Source: a phage. Taken from it: 64,000 bases of DNA. The DNA is taken from assembly GCA_016389475.1 (NCBI GenBank), contig GCA_016389475.1_3042.1; one strand, written 5' to 3'. Positions 48,356-57,579 of the stretch are shown one piece after another. How positions within the stretch are numbered: the first letter of the stretch is position 1; every line of letters starts with the position of its first letter. The notes under the pieces are model-generated. The model was not told the DNA's origin, searched no databases, and worked only from the letters and a program-made list of their open reading frames with translations. Position numbers and translations under genes: made by a program.

Positions 48356-48763
48356 TCACTCAATTTCAATTTTACTAAATACACAGAATATGATGGAAAA
48401 GACTATATAAGCACCGCATACAGATTGAACTAATACCATTCCAAAGAACCAAACGATATTATCAAACAATGTCTGTTTTACGTCGAAAGGACGTAAACTT
48501 ACAGTAATATTATCACCTTTTTCTATTGAAGAATACATCTCTGGGGAAATATATTCACTAAATCTATAACCGTCTTTGAGTTCATATACGGCAATAAACG
48601 ATAAACTAGACCCCTTTCCTTGAGTTCCTGTAATGGTATTAACTACAGTAACATCATAATCTTTATAATGCATATAATCATTAATAGCATAATAACCATA
48701 TGCAATTACTATACATAAACAACATATCAATAAATTCAATCTTTTAATTATCAACTGTTTCAT
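48356..48763 (-). CDS. membrane protein (135 aa)
   Basis: ORF track; N- and C-terminal hydrophobic segments. Confidence 0.55.
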   Translation of the reverse strand: MKQLIIKRLNLLICCLCIVIAYGYYAINDYMHYKDYDVTVVNTITGTQGKGSSLSFIAVYELKDGYRFSEYISPEMYSSIEKGDNITVSLRPFDVKQTLFDNIVWFFGMVLVQSVCGAYIVFSIIFCVFSKIEIE

Positions 48764-48818
48764 AATAATCTCAATTAAAAGGGCTTAGAACCATTATACC
48801 ATCCTTGGTATAAAGCGG

Positions 48819-49346
48819 TTATGCGAGTACCGTCTTTAACCGTTCTTCAAATTTCCGAAGAGTGTTCTGGCGTTCAGCTCTTTGCTTTTTGTAAGTTTCA
48901 ATACGCTCTGAAATGAGAGTGTATCGTTCATTTACTGATTCTTTCATAAAATCAGGAATTTCACGAGAAGCTTTAATCTCATCAAATTTATCAATAACAG
49001 CTTGCTCTTCAGCAATTAAGTTATCATACATTAAAATATCTTTCTTGATGAACTCAATATCTTCTTGAGTTACACGAGATAATTTAGATGCTTTATCCTT
49101 TTTGTACTGTTCGTTAGTATCACGAGACCAGTGTAATGTACGATTTTTATTCGTATTTTTGTAAATTTCTACAATACCAATTTCATCAATAATAACGATC
49201 CAATTCCAACGGGATTTGTAAATTTGTCCTCCATCAACAGTGATTTCACCTCCGATTGAGATGTCATTAAAGAACTTGCTTTGTGCTTCAGATTTAAATT
49301 TACCGTCGTTATAATTTACCAGGTTGAAAATATCTTTAGCGTTCAT
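48819..49346 (-). CDS. hypothetical protein with C-terminal coiled coil (175 aa)
   Basis: ORF track. Confidence 0.55.
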   Translation of the reverse strand: MNAKDIFNLVNYNDGKFKSEAQSKFFNDISIGGEITVDGGQIYKSRWNWIVIIDEIGIVEIYKNTNKNRTLHWSRDTNEQYKKDKASKLSRVTQEDIEFIKKDILMYDNLIAEEQAVIDKFDEIKASREIPDFMKESVNERYTLISERIETYKKQRAERQNTLRKFEERLKTVLA

Positions 49347-49373
49347 GTTTTACCTCCAGTAGTTGATAGGTCT

Positions 49374-49402
49374 ATAATAACATAACCATAGACCTTGTAA
49401 AC
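49374..49402 (-). promoter_or_regulatory. T4-type early promoter
   Basis: gtaaac 49397-49402, ataata (TATTAT) 49374-49379, 17-nt spacer. Confidence 0.5.
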
Positions 49403-49404
49403 AA

Positions 49405-49692
49405 CTAAAAGAAACTTTTTTCGGTATTTTTTCCACTGAACCAAACAGACTTCGGGATTTTTTGTAATTTTTCAGATTTAAGTTTCTCTTCCTGTTCTTT
49501 CTTATATACACTCTTGTCGTACTGGAGCATCTCTAGGGCATTCTTTTGCAAACGATCTAAGGTAATTAAGGCTTTAGTTTTTCCTTTCAAGGAAGAGTCC
49601 TGGCGAACTTCCTCGCTATATTGCATCGTAGAACTAACCATACGATGTGCATACAGTTCGACTGCGGCTTTAATTTTTTGCATAAAATCCAT
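49405..49692 (-). CDS. hypothetical protein (95 aa)
   Basis: ORF track; AGAGGA RBS. Confidence 0.5.
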   Translation of the reverse strand: MDFMQKIKAAVELYAHRMVSSTMQYSEEVRQDSSLKGKTKALITLDRLQKNALEMLQYDKSVYKKEQEEKLKSEKLQKIPKSVWFSGKNTEKSFF

Positions 49693-49830
49693 AACATATC
49701 CTCTTTGATTTGTACATCATTATTTTTAAATATTTCTATGCCCTCAGTAGGTTCCTGGTGTCCTTCTTTGAGGTAAGCCATATGATTATTCATCTTTATG
49801 GCTTTTGTTACCTCAGAACTTCCTATAAGC

Positions 49831-50799
49831 TTATTTCAGTAAAGTAACTTCCGAGATTTCTTCCCAACCATCTTTATCAGTTGAAATAAAATCTGCTACA
49901 TAAAGAGCCGTACGTAATGATACATTGCGAAGACGAGATACGTTAGCCTTCATCCAGGACAATGCTTTATACGTTTCTGCATCCGTCAGACCACGTTTCT
50001 GCATCATGTCAGTAGATAATATTACATCTTCAACTCGAACCATAATCTCTTCATTAGAGTGTACTCCAAGGTCGAGATACACTGAACGAGATACTAAAGC
50101 TTGAAGGTGTGGAGCAAGTTTCGAACCCCGTTCTAACTCTTTATCGATATCAACGTTTGTAATGAAAACGATAGTACCTTCAAACTCAAATTCTTTATCA
50201 ATACCCTTATCCTCGAGATAAGATGACGCAGTGCTCCAACAAACTTTGCGTTTATCTCCGGTATCTAATGCTGCTTTAAGAAGGTTCAGGATGTCCATAT
50301 CTGAGAATACGTCAACGTCATCGATTAAGAGAACGCTGTCTTCATCACGGTTGAGCCAAAGTTGTTCGTAAAGGCCAATACCAGAGATTTTACCATTAAT
50401 GCTTTTGTATTTGATGAAACCGTTATCATTAGCATTATTAAGTGCTTTATCCAGAGAATACGTTTTACCAATACCTGCTGCTCCCGAGATAATTAATGAA
50501 CGAATGTTTCCGTTAATAATACCATTCGTCATCATTCCCATAACATTAAATCTTTTATTAATGCGGGTTTTCATATCTTCATACGATTCTTTAACTTCTT
50601 CAACTTTTACACCATCATATGAAATGTCTGATTTGTAAACCCAAACACCGCGACGCTTACCGTCAATTTCAACAAAAACTTTACCATCTCCTTGTGCATC
50701 TACCGGAGCATTATCTGGGAACCATTCACCTAAGAGCTCAAAAGTTCCAGAGATTTCTTTACCGAAGTAGATACCCTTATTGATAGTTACAGTTTTCAT
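49831..50799 (-). CDS. P-loop ATPase (322 aa from ATG)
   Basis: ORF track; Walker A GAAGIGKT and Walker B LLIDDVD; ATG at 50799. Confidence 0.65.
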   Translation of the reverse strand: MKTVTINKGIYFGKEISGTFELLGEWFPDNAPVDAQGDGKVFVEIDGKRRGVWVYKSDISYDGVKVEEVKESYEDMKTRINKRFNVMGMMTNGIINGNIRSLIISGAAGIGKTYSLDKALNNANDNGFIKYKSINGKISGIGLYEQLWLNRDEDSVLLIDDVDVFSDMDILNLLKAALDTGDKRKVCWSTASSYLEDKGIDKEFEFEGTIVFITNVDIDKELERGSKLAPHLQALVSRSVYLDLGVHSNEEIMVRVEDVILSTDMMQKRGLTDAETYKALSWMKANVSRLRNVSLRTALYVADFISTDKDGWEEISEVTLLK

Positions 50800-50833
50800 T
50801 TTATTCTCCAAATCCGTATCAGTTGATAGTTGT

Positions 50834-50863
50834 ATAGTACCATAAAGCTTTATGCTTGTAAAC
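50834..50863 (-). promoter_or_regulatory. T4-type early promoter
   Basis: gtaaac 50858-50863, atagta (TACTAT) 50834-50839. Confidence 0.55.
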
Positions 50864-50893
50864 CGTTTTGTGAAAAATTTTTGAAATAAAAAA

Positions 50894-50911
50894 GGGAGCC
50901 CGAAGGCTCCC
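50894..50911 (-). terminator. intrinsic terminator with C(UUCG)G tetraloop
   Basis: gggagcc-cgaa-ggctccc followed on minus RNA by UUUUUUAUUU. Confidence 0.65.
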
Positions 50912-50913
50912 TA

Positions 50914-51927
50914 TCATTTATAATAACTTCGGTGGTTTTCAAGATAGACCTTCTCAAGGAAGTCATCCCAGAAACCCATGTCTACTTTTTGCTGCATACC
51001 GTTCTTAGAAGCTTCAGTAGATGCTGCTTCTACTTGATCGACCACATCTTCCAAAAACTCTTGAACTGTTTTAAATGGATGTTTACCCAACTTCACGTCG
51101 AGAATAAATGGAGCATCTTGGAGTGGATAAACCAAGTCACCAGTTTTGTAAATTTCCAATAGTTGGAGTCCACCACGACAAGCATGACTCAGAGCTTTCC
51201 AGTCAATGCCTTCATTAGCTTCGGCTTTACGAGCACGTTCACCATATTCAGCATCTAATTTATTCAGTGACTGCTTAAGCTCAATAAGAGAAAGTGTTGT
51301 CTGATATTTACGACCCAACACAGTGTAGAACGTTTGCGGGCCTGTTTTCTCGTGATTATGGAACACCCATTCACAGAATTCGTTTTCTGGAAGACGATGC
51401 TTAATATCTTCAACTTTAGTGCGACGCTGCTTAATAGAACCATCTTCTTGGTAATCAACCCATTGCTCGGGGATTTGATTAACTACTTTCAATACATCAC
51501 GTAATGCAGCCAAACGAGAACCCTTGACACCGTATTTAGAAGCTTGCTTGCGAACATATCCTAAATAGGATTTCATGTTAGTCGTATAAAAACGAGAACG
51601 GTTGTCTTGAATAAACTTCCACACATCAGGCAAATCAGATTTAACCACTAGTTCAGGTGGAGTGTGAAGCATATCCAATGCTACAGTTTCACCATCTGCT
51701 GCTAATTTAAAGAAATATTTAAGACTGTATAGTTCATGGTCAATATCATCTTTAGTGTTTTTAGATGATGTGTTGTTAGTGTTTTTACTCATGTGCTCTT
51801 TGACATTTCCGATAAGAATATCACGAGCAGGAGGAACAAAAATTTCTTTAAAATCTACATCAGATTCTGGGGTAGAAGTTCCATAAAGATGACTACCAAA
51901 ATAGCTTTTCATTACTGTTTTCATCAT
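50914..51927 (-). CDS. nucleotidyltransferase-fold protein (337 aa)
   Basis: ORF track; YFGSHLYGTSTPESDVDF matches minimal NTase G-S-x(9-13)-D-x-D motif; later VALDML third acidic site. Confidence 0.6.
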   Translation of the reverse strand: MMKTVMKSYFGSHLYGTSTPESDVDFKEIFVPPARDILIGNVKEHMSKNTNNTSSKNTKDDIDHELYSLKYFFKLAADGETVALDMLHTPPELVVKSDLPDVWKFIQDNRSRFYTTNMKSYLGYVRKQASKYGVKGSRLAALRDVLKVVNQIPEQWVDYQEDGSIKQRRTKVEDIKHRLPENEFCEWVFHNHEKTGPQTFYTVLGRKYQTTLSLIELKQSLNKLDAEYGERARKAEANEGIDWKALSHACRGGLQLLEIYKTGDLVYPLQDAPFILDVKLGKHPFKTVQEFLEDVVDQVEAASTEASKNGMQQKVDMGFWDDFLEKVYLENHRSYYK

Positions 51928-52385
51928 TCAGCCTTATATTCAATAACAGGACATACTTTAGCTTTACGAGCTTTTAAAAATTCAACGATAATCGATTTCT
52001 TGGGTTGAATAGGAGGTAAACCTTTATACGCCCTATCAATATTTTCTACGTGTAAAGCATAATCCTTTTTCCATTTATAATCTTTATATTTTTCACGCAA
52101 ATGTGCAGGAATAACAAATGAACCGATAATAAGTAAAACAACCAAAAGCGCAAGTATAAATGCTGATGGAAGCAAAGTCCATAAACTACCAAAAATAAGC
52201 CAACGCTGTAGGCTTTCTGCACAAATAATTGTTAGCCCTACGAGTATAGCACATCCAAAAATAGAAACGAAAAATGTAGGAATGGCAATAGACCAAAAAT
52301 ATGCGCATAGTGTCTTAGGTCGTTGCCATTCATCGTTAAACAATTTGAATAATTTATAGTGCCAAGAGTTTTCATTAATAATCAT
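51924..52385 (-). CDS. membrane protein (153 aa)
   Basis: ORF track; 2-3 TM segments. Confidence 0.55.
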   Translation of the reverse strand: MIINENSWHYKLFKLFNDEWQRPKTLCAYFWSIAIPTFFVSIFGCAILVGLTIICAESLQRWLIFGSLWTLLPSAFILALLVVLLIIGSFVIPAHLREKYKDYKWKKDYALHVENIDRAYKGLPPIQPKKSIIVEFLKARKAKVCPVIEYKAE

Positions 52386-52387
52386 AA

Positions 52388-52909
52388 TTATCCTTTCATT
52401 GAAGGCGTAACGGTTGTTAAATACTTAATCATAGCTTCAGCTTCTGATTTTGACAATGAAATTTCTTCATTGTTTTGACGAATAGAAATAAAATCCGGAT
52501 GACGGTCACCACCAGCTTTTAAAACACACATATAAGTATCAACTTCATCTTCAATATTTGAAATGATTGAAGCAGTTCCACATGAATGCGGTTTTTGATA
52601 AATCAATGCAGCTTTTCTTCCGCCATTTGACTGTTCATAAACTTTTAATACATCAAACAAATCACTTCTTTTATCAATAGCTAAAATGTTATTTTCATCT
52701 TCAATGTTAAATCCTTCGGATACTTCATAAAGTGTCACCCATAAATCGCCAATATCAATAACAGCATTTACTTTTCCATGACTTTCAAGAGCATGACAAA
52801 TTTTCTTGATTTCGTCATAACTCATTTTAATAATATCATCTCCTTGACTAAGAAAGATGTCATTTTTAAATTCAACACGAATTAAACCGCTTCCACTTGA
52901 AATAAACAT
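52388..52909 (-). CDS. hypothetical protein (173 aa)
   Basis: ORF track. Confidence 0.5.
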   Translation of the reverse strand: MFISSGSGLIRVEFKNDIFLSQGDDIIKMSYDEIKKICHALESHGKVNAVIDIGDLWVTLYEVSEGFNIEDENNILAIDKRSDLFDVLKVYEQSNGGRKAALIYQKPHSCGTASIISNIEDEVDTYMCVLKAGGDRHPDFISIRQNNEEISLSKSEAEAMIKYLTTVTPSMKG

Positions 52910-52915
52910 ATTTCC

Positions 52916-53473
52916 TCACTTTGAAATCATAGTTGGAATAACAGAATCAAGATAAGTCTTTAGTGCAATAGTTTCGTCTTTGGTAAATGTGACAATATGT
53001 GCTCGAAAATCATCAATTTGACGAATAGTTAAGACATCTCCATCTTCATAACATTTTGATACGTTTAAAACAGTTTCATCATTCTGATTGCAAGCGTTAG
53101 TAATAATAGCATTGCAATTTTTAAACCATTTTAAACTATGTTTTCTTTCATTAGAATAATAAAAATATTTAATCTTATCTATAAAACTATCCCAATGGAT
53201 AACTGATAAGCATATTGACTCGCTTTCAATATTAAATCCTGGGCATGAAGAATAAAAATGAATTTTATGCTCATCATTAATGCTTATAATTTTATCAGTA
53301 TAAGGATTTTCAATTTTGGTTAAATGAATGATTTCACTAGGCGTAAAATACAGCATATCGTCTTCTTGTGTCAAACGATACATATTATTTACTTTTTCTA
53401 TAGCCAATTCACCAAAAAGTGAACTAACTTCTAATACTAATCGTTTCATATTGATTCTCTTCGACTCGCTCAC
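52916..53473 (-). CDS. hypothetical protein (185 aa)
   Basis: ORF track. Confidence 0.5.
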   Translation of the reverse strand: MSESKRINMKRLVLEVSSLFGELAIEKVNNMYRLTQEDDMLYFTPSEIIHLTKIENPYTDKIISINDEHKIHFYSSCPGFNIESESICLSVIHWDSFIDKIKYFYYSNERKHSLKWFKNCNAIITNACNQNDETVLNVSKCYEDGDVLTIRQIDDFRAHIVTFTKDETIALKTYLDSVIPTMISK

Positions 53474-53607
53474 AATTACATACTCCTTTGAATAATATCA
53501 ATAATGTTGTTCACCAGATTATAGGTAAACAAAGGATAATTATATTGAATCATCACATACACAACAAACAAAATTTTCATTCTCTTCTCCTCAGTAGTTG
53601 ACAAGAT

Positions 53608-53637
53608 TACTATACCATAACCTTGCCAACTTGTAAA
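53608..53637 (-). promoter_or_regulatory. T4-type early promoter
   Basis: gtaaac 53632-53637, actata (TATAGT) 53608-53613. Confidence 0.55.
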
Positions 53638-53814
53638 CCATTAAATGGCGTTTTCAATAAAATTCTGAAGCTTTGTGTGAGCATCAACCATGATTTTCAT
53701 TTCTTCTTTGGCGAAAGCTGTACCTCTTTCCCGAGAAGAACATTCATAGTCAGAAACTGCATTAGCATATTCTTCGATTAGTTTCATTAAAAACATCTGT
53801 TTTTCAGTTTTCAT
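53635..53814 (-). CDS. micro-ORF (59 aa), absent from ORF track
   Basis: Hand translation MKTEKQMFLMKLIEEYANAVSDYECSSRERGTAFAKEEMKIMVDAHTKLQNFIENAI. Confidence 0.35.
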
Positions 53815-53998
53815 TATTCCACCTAATCATTTCAAGATATTGAACTAACTTAGCTTTAGATTTATCCAAATCCTTTTTAGCTGCTTCTATACCGTCGTAT
53901 GAATATCCTTCACAATGCTCAACTGCTAATTGATATGAATCTATTTCAATATCACGTGCTAATTTAATGATTTTTTCAAACTGTTCGCGTGTTAGCAT
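53804..53998 (-). CDS. hypothetical protein (64 aa)
   Basis: ORF track. Confidence 0.45.
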   Translation of the reverse strand: MLTREQFEKIIKLARDIEIDSYQLAVEHCEGYSYDGIEAAKKDLDKSKAKLVQYLEMIRWNNEN

Positions 53999-54000
53999 AC

Positions 54001-54240
54001 TTACACTCTCGTATTATGATCGATAATTTCATCAAGAAACATATCTAACGCTTCTATAGCATTATCCACTTTAGTTTCAAAGTCTTTAATGCCTTTATTC
54101 GAAATACCCGATGAATACCAAGCAAAGTCAATCAGCTCTTCATCTGCTTTACGAATTGAAGCCACTAATTCCTTGATTTTATCTGCTTGCTCTATACTAA
54201 TCATTATTCCACCACATATGACAGAGAGAATATTGCGCAC
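54001..54240 (-). CDS. hypothetical protein (79 aa)
   Basis: ORF track. Confidence 0.45.
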
Positions 54241-54392
54241 GCCATGTGAGTTGCAACTTCATCACACATATTATAACGTTTCTTAAGAAGTTCTACAAGT
54301 TCTTCACTAGTAACTTCATCCATGTCGACGAAAAAATCACCATTAATGATGACGTAGATATTTCCTTCTTGATTGAGTGCTTCAATTTTCAT
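54204..54392 (-). CDS. hypothetical protein (62 aa from ATG)
   Basis: ORF track start 54437 lies inside the promoter; ATG at 54392 has GGAGGAG RBS. Confidence 0.45.
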
Positions 54393-54420
54393 GATATTCT
54401 CCTCTTTATCTGATAGTTGT

Positions 54421-54450
54421 ATAGTATCACAGCTCAAACGGAAAGTAAAC
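54421..54450 (-). promoter_or_regulatory. T4-type early promoter
   Basis: gtaaac 54445-54450, atagta (TACTAT) 54421-54426. Confidence 0.55.
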
Positions 54451-54465
54451 CGGTAAAATGAAAAA

Positions 54466-54483
54466 AGTCTCCCGAAGGAGACT
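54466..54483 (-). terminator. intrinsic terminator with C(UUCG)G tetraloop
   Basis: agtctcc-cgaa-ggagact followed on minus RNA by UUUUUUCAUUUU. Confidence 0.65.
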
Positions 54484-54487
54484 AATG

Positions 54488-54874
54488 TTATTCGAGGGAA
54501 AGAAGATACTTACTCTGGTAAAACATTCCAGTAATATCATCTATCGTGCTTTGAATGGCTGGAGGCATTTCTTTATAAATGCTGTTAGATTGGTCTAGTA
54601 TGCGATCAATCATTTTAATTGTGTCGGTAGGAAGTTTACTGGCATCTGGAATTGAAGGCGTGTATTTTCTACCAGAATACCCCAAATATTGCTCACCAAA
54701 TTTATCAATCAAATCTGGCAACTCGGAGAAAATAAAATCGTATGCTTTGTGTCTAGCATAACTTTTAGTTTCAAAATGTGCAGAATGAAAATAAGCTTGT
54801 GCAGCCATTAATAAACCTAAGTATTCATCTGCCTTTGAAGGTTTTCCACTTTGTGAAAAGTCGCTGAATTTCAT
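54488..54874 (-). CDS. hypothetical protein (128 aa), rI.-1 position
   Basis: ORF track. Confidence 0.5.
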
Positions 54875-55164
54875 TCAGTCTCCAATTTAATGTTCATAAT
54901 TCTAGCGTATGATTGTGCCATCTCCGCGCCTCGTTCTATACATTCAAAATCAGAAGAGCACGGGTCATTTTTATAGGTCGTTCTCATAAAACTATAGAAC
55001 TGTTCAGATGATTCTACGCTTTTATTTTCAAAAAGCATATAAACATGTCTAATACCAGATTCCATAAATTTATCAAAATGAGGATCGACATTCGCTTCAA
55101 TCGGTGGAGATAAAGCAAACGCTAATCCTAGCATGGCAAATAGTGCCGTTGCTTTTAAGGCCAT
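54871..55164 (-). CDS. rI: lysis inhibition regulator RI (antiholin)
   Basis: ORF track 97 aa; MALKATALFAMLGLAFALSPPIEANVDPHFDKFMESGIRHVYMLFENKSVESSEQ matches T4 RI. Confidence 0.85.
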   Translation of the reverse strand: MALKATALFAMLGLAFALSPPIEANVDPHFDKFMESGIRHVYMLFENKSVESSEQFYSFMRTTYKNDPCSSDFECIERGAEMAQSYARIMNIKLETE

Positions 55165-55176
55165 AAAGGCCTCCTA

Positions 55177-55389
55177 TCATTTTTGTCCTGTATTTACTTT
55201 ATGCCGATGCACGGCCTTAACTTTATCAAGGTATTTTTCAAAATTTCGCAATCTAGTATAGTCTGCCGGAGATTGGTTGAGTGATACTTCTCGACGCAAA
55301 GCTGAAATGATATTTCCAACTTTCCTACGAATTTCATCTAATTGAAGCACAGTAAGATTGCGAAGTTGCTTTTCAGTTAATTGTAGCAT
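55177..55389 (-). CDS. hypothetical protein (70 aa), rI.1 position
   Basis: ORF track. Confidence 0.45.
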   Translation of the reverse strand: MLQLTEKQLRNLTVLQLDEIRRKVGNIISALRREVSLNQSPADYTRLRNFEKYLDKVKAVHRHKVNTGQK

Positions 55390-55431
55390 ATATACCCCTT
55401 TAGTTAGATAAACCTATTTATAACTTTTGCA

Positions 55432-56013
55432 CTAACCAAGCTTTTTAGTTAATTCATTCCAATGTTTTCTGCACAAAGAAACATAAATTTCATCACCAAT
55501 ACAGATTTGATTACCTTCTTTAACTGGTGTTCCATCTTCCATTAATCGAGCTGTCATAATCGCTTTTTTGCCGCAATGACAAACTGCCTTTAGTTCAATA
55601 AGTTTATCTGCAATCGCTAAAAGTTCTTTAGAACCTTCAAACAATTTTCCAGCGAAATCAGTCCTTAATCCATAAGCCATAACAGGAACATTATATGTAT
55701 CAACAATTCGGCTTAATTGGTGCACCTGTTCAGTTTTTAAAAATTGGGCTTCATCCACAAATACGCAATGAATATCTTTTTGTGCTTCAGCCCATTTATA
55801 GAACTCGAAAATATCCATATCATCTGTAATAATATTCGCTTCCTGTTTAATTCCAATGCGAGAAACAACTTCACAGACAGAATCGCGAGTATCAATAGCA
55901 GGCTTAAGAACTAATACACTCATTCCACGTTCTTTATAATTATGTGCAGCAGTCAAAAGAGAAGCAGATTTTCCAGCATTCATTGCTGCATAAGTAAAAA
56001 TTAAACTCGCCAT
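55432..56013 (-). CDS. tk: thymidine kinase
   Basis: ORF track 193 aa; Walker A AMNAGKS and C-terminal zinc ribbon CHCGKK...CRKH. Confidence 0.9.
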   Translation of the reverse strand: MASLIFTYAAMNAGKSASLLTAAHNYKERGMSVLVLKPAIDTRDSVCEVVSRIGIKQEANIITDDMDIFEFYKWAEAQKDIHCVFVDEAQFLKTEQVHQLSRIVDTYNVPVMAYGLRTDFAGKLFEGSKELLAIADKLIELKAVCHCGKKAIMTARLMEDGTPVKEGNQICIGDEIYVSLCRKHWNELTKKLG

Positions 56014-56022
56014 ATCACCTTC

Positions 56023-56208
56023 TTAAAGCGTATTCACATAAGCTATTAATTCATTTTCTTTCTTATCAAACCGATCAGCAAATTCTTCCTGCTGTTCAGG
56101 AGATAGCGGGCCGTATTCATCATAAAAGGTGTTTGCTTCTGTATGCTCATCTAGAAGTTCATGGATAAGCTCAAACAATTTATCTTTTTGTTCTTTACTC
56201 AGACTCAT
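56023..56208 (-). CDS. hypothetical acidic protein (61 aa)
   Basis: ORF track. Confidence 0.45.
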   Translation of the reverse strand: MSLSKEQKDKLFELIHELLDEHTEANTFYDEYGPLSPEQQEEFADRFDKKENELIAYVNTL

Positions 56209-56374
56209 ATATTAATTTCCAGGAGTTTTAAAATAATTCGCTTTTGCTTAAATATTTCCATAGTTAAATGACTAGTATCTTTTTGACCGATTCCAATGGC
56301 AAAACCTTTATTAACAGCGAGTTCAATTAAATTATCAAGCTCACGTAACACTTCGTATTGTAACTCAAAACTAT

Positions 56375-56602
56375 TCATTTTGGTTTACCTTCTTTAACGA
56401 AATCAGGATAAGGATAAAATCCTGAATAAAATCCTTCACCTTTATGATTGATGCATCCTTTATTAGAACAATAGCACCAATAATCGAAATCACAAGCCAT
56501 TTCATCATTACATAAAGCAAAAACAACAGGCCACTTACACTTTTCACAGTGGGCATTTTTAAGAATACTAGTTTGGCTCATAACCATGTAACCTTTAAGC
56601 AA
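56375..56602 (-). CDS. cysteine-rich small protein (75 aa, 9 Cys)
   Basis: ORF track; HCEKCKW...CNDEMACDFDYWCYCSNKGC. Confidence 0.45.
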   Translation of the reverse strand: MLKGYMVMSQTSILKNAHCEKCKWPVVFALCNDEMACDFDYWCYCSNKGCINHKGEGFYSGFYPYPDFVKEGKPK

Positions 56603-56790
56603 TATTCTTCTACATGTTGTTTACGACCTTTCTTATCAATAAAGGTATATTCAACGAATGTTCCAATGTAGTCTTTATCTACATCATGTGGACTATTAAT
56701 TGGACATTTAGTACGGCAAATGCGTTCCCATTGACGAATAATTTCCACTTTGTTTTTAGGATCAAACGGATGTGGGTAATGTACTTTCAT
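56578..56790 (-). CDS. hypothetical protein (70 aa)
   Basis: ORF track. Confidence 0.45.
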   Translation of the reverse strand: MKVHYPHPFDPKNKVEIIRQWERICRTKCPINSPHDVDKDYIGTFVEYTFIDKKGRKQHVEEYCLKVTWL

Positions 56791-57241
56791 AATCCACCAC
56801 TATTAAATCAATATCAGGAGTAAACATGTCGATTAATTTAGAAACCTTATCCCAATCGCCGCCAGCAATACCACAACCTATGCGTGGAATGTAAATTACT
56901 GGTTTAAACAAAAGGGTTTCTGCCTGTAGATTTAATTCTATCATGCAGTTTACTAAAGCACCATAATCAAGATTAGGACCTGGTTCGTATTGCGTATACA
57001 AGTTATAACATATGCCAAAACCATTAGGTTTATGTTTAAAAACTATAGACATATCGCCTAATTTATCACGAGAACCGTACTCAGTAGTGGTTTTATCTAT
57101 TTCTAAAATTTTGGGATAGGCTCTTGCTAATTGACCCGCTACACCTGAACCCATAGTATGAAAACAATTGCACCCGTGCGCAATAATATTACCTTGAAGA
57201 AATAGGGCGACAATATCGCCCTTGATATATTTTACAATCAT
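56762..57241 (-). CDS. macro-domain protein (159 aa)
   Basis: ORF track; GDIVALFLQGNIIAHGCNCFHTMGSGVAGQLA resembles macrodomain ADP-ribose-binding N-terminal motif. Confidence 0.55.
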   Translation of the reverse strand: MIVKYIKGDIVALFLQGNIIAHGCNCFHTMGSGVAGQLARAYPKILEIDKTTTEYGSRDKLGDMSIVFKHKPNGFGICYNLYTQYEPGPNLDYGALVNCMIELNLQAETLLFKPVIYIPRIGCGIAGGDWDKVSKLIDMFTPDIDLIVVDYESTLPTSV

Positions 57242-57579
57242 CTAGTACTCAATCCTCGATTATAAGAATCTACCAAACGGTCAACCATTGAATGACAAGC
57301 GGCTTTATCTTTCTCCTCCGCAACTGAACATTCTAAAGTATTCCACTTTTTAGCATATCGTTTTAACAATGTATCGTTTTTGTATCTACTTGATTTATCT
57401 CTTTCTCCGTCTTTATATGCATATATTAATTTCTGCGCAAATTCAGCTTGGCATGCTTTATTTTTCCCGCAATAATCCGCTGCAGTACGGTTTACATACT
57501 CTCTAATTTCAGTATATGATGTATCTGCTAACGCAGAAAATGAAATTAATCCTATACATAAAACCAAAATTTTAGTCAT
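57238..57579 (-). CDS. secreted protein (113 aa)
   Basis: ORF track; signal peptide MTKILVLCIGLISFSALA. Confidence 0.5.
   Translation of the reverse strand: MTKILVLCIGLISFSALADTSYTEIREYVNRTAADYCGKNKACQAEFAQKLIYAYKDGERDKSSRYKNDTLLKRYAKKWNTLECSVAEEKDKAACHSMVDRLVDSYNRGLSTR

Noticed and set aside
49587-49793. Minus-strand 68-aa ORF
   Set aside because: Overlaps the 49405-49692 gene out of frame; no RBS.
51264-51458. Minus-strand 64-aa ORF
   Set aside because: Alternative frame inside the NTase gene.
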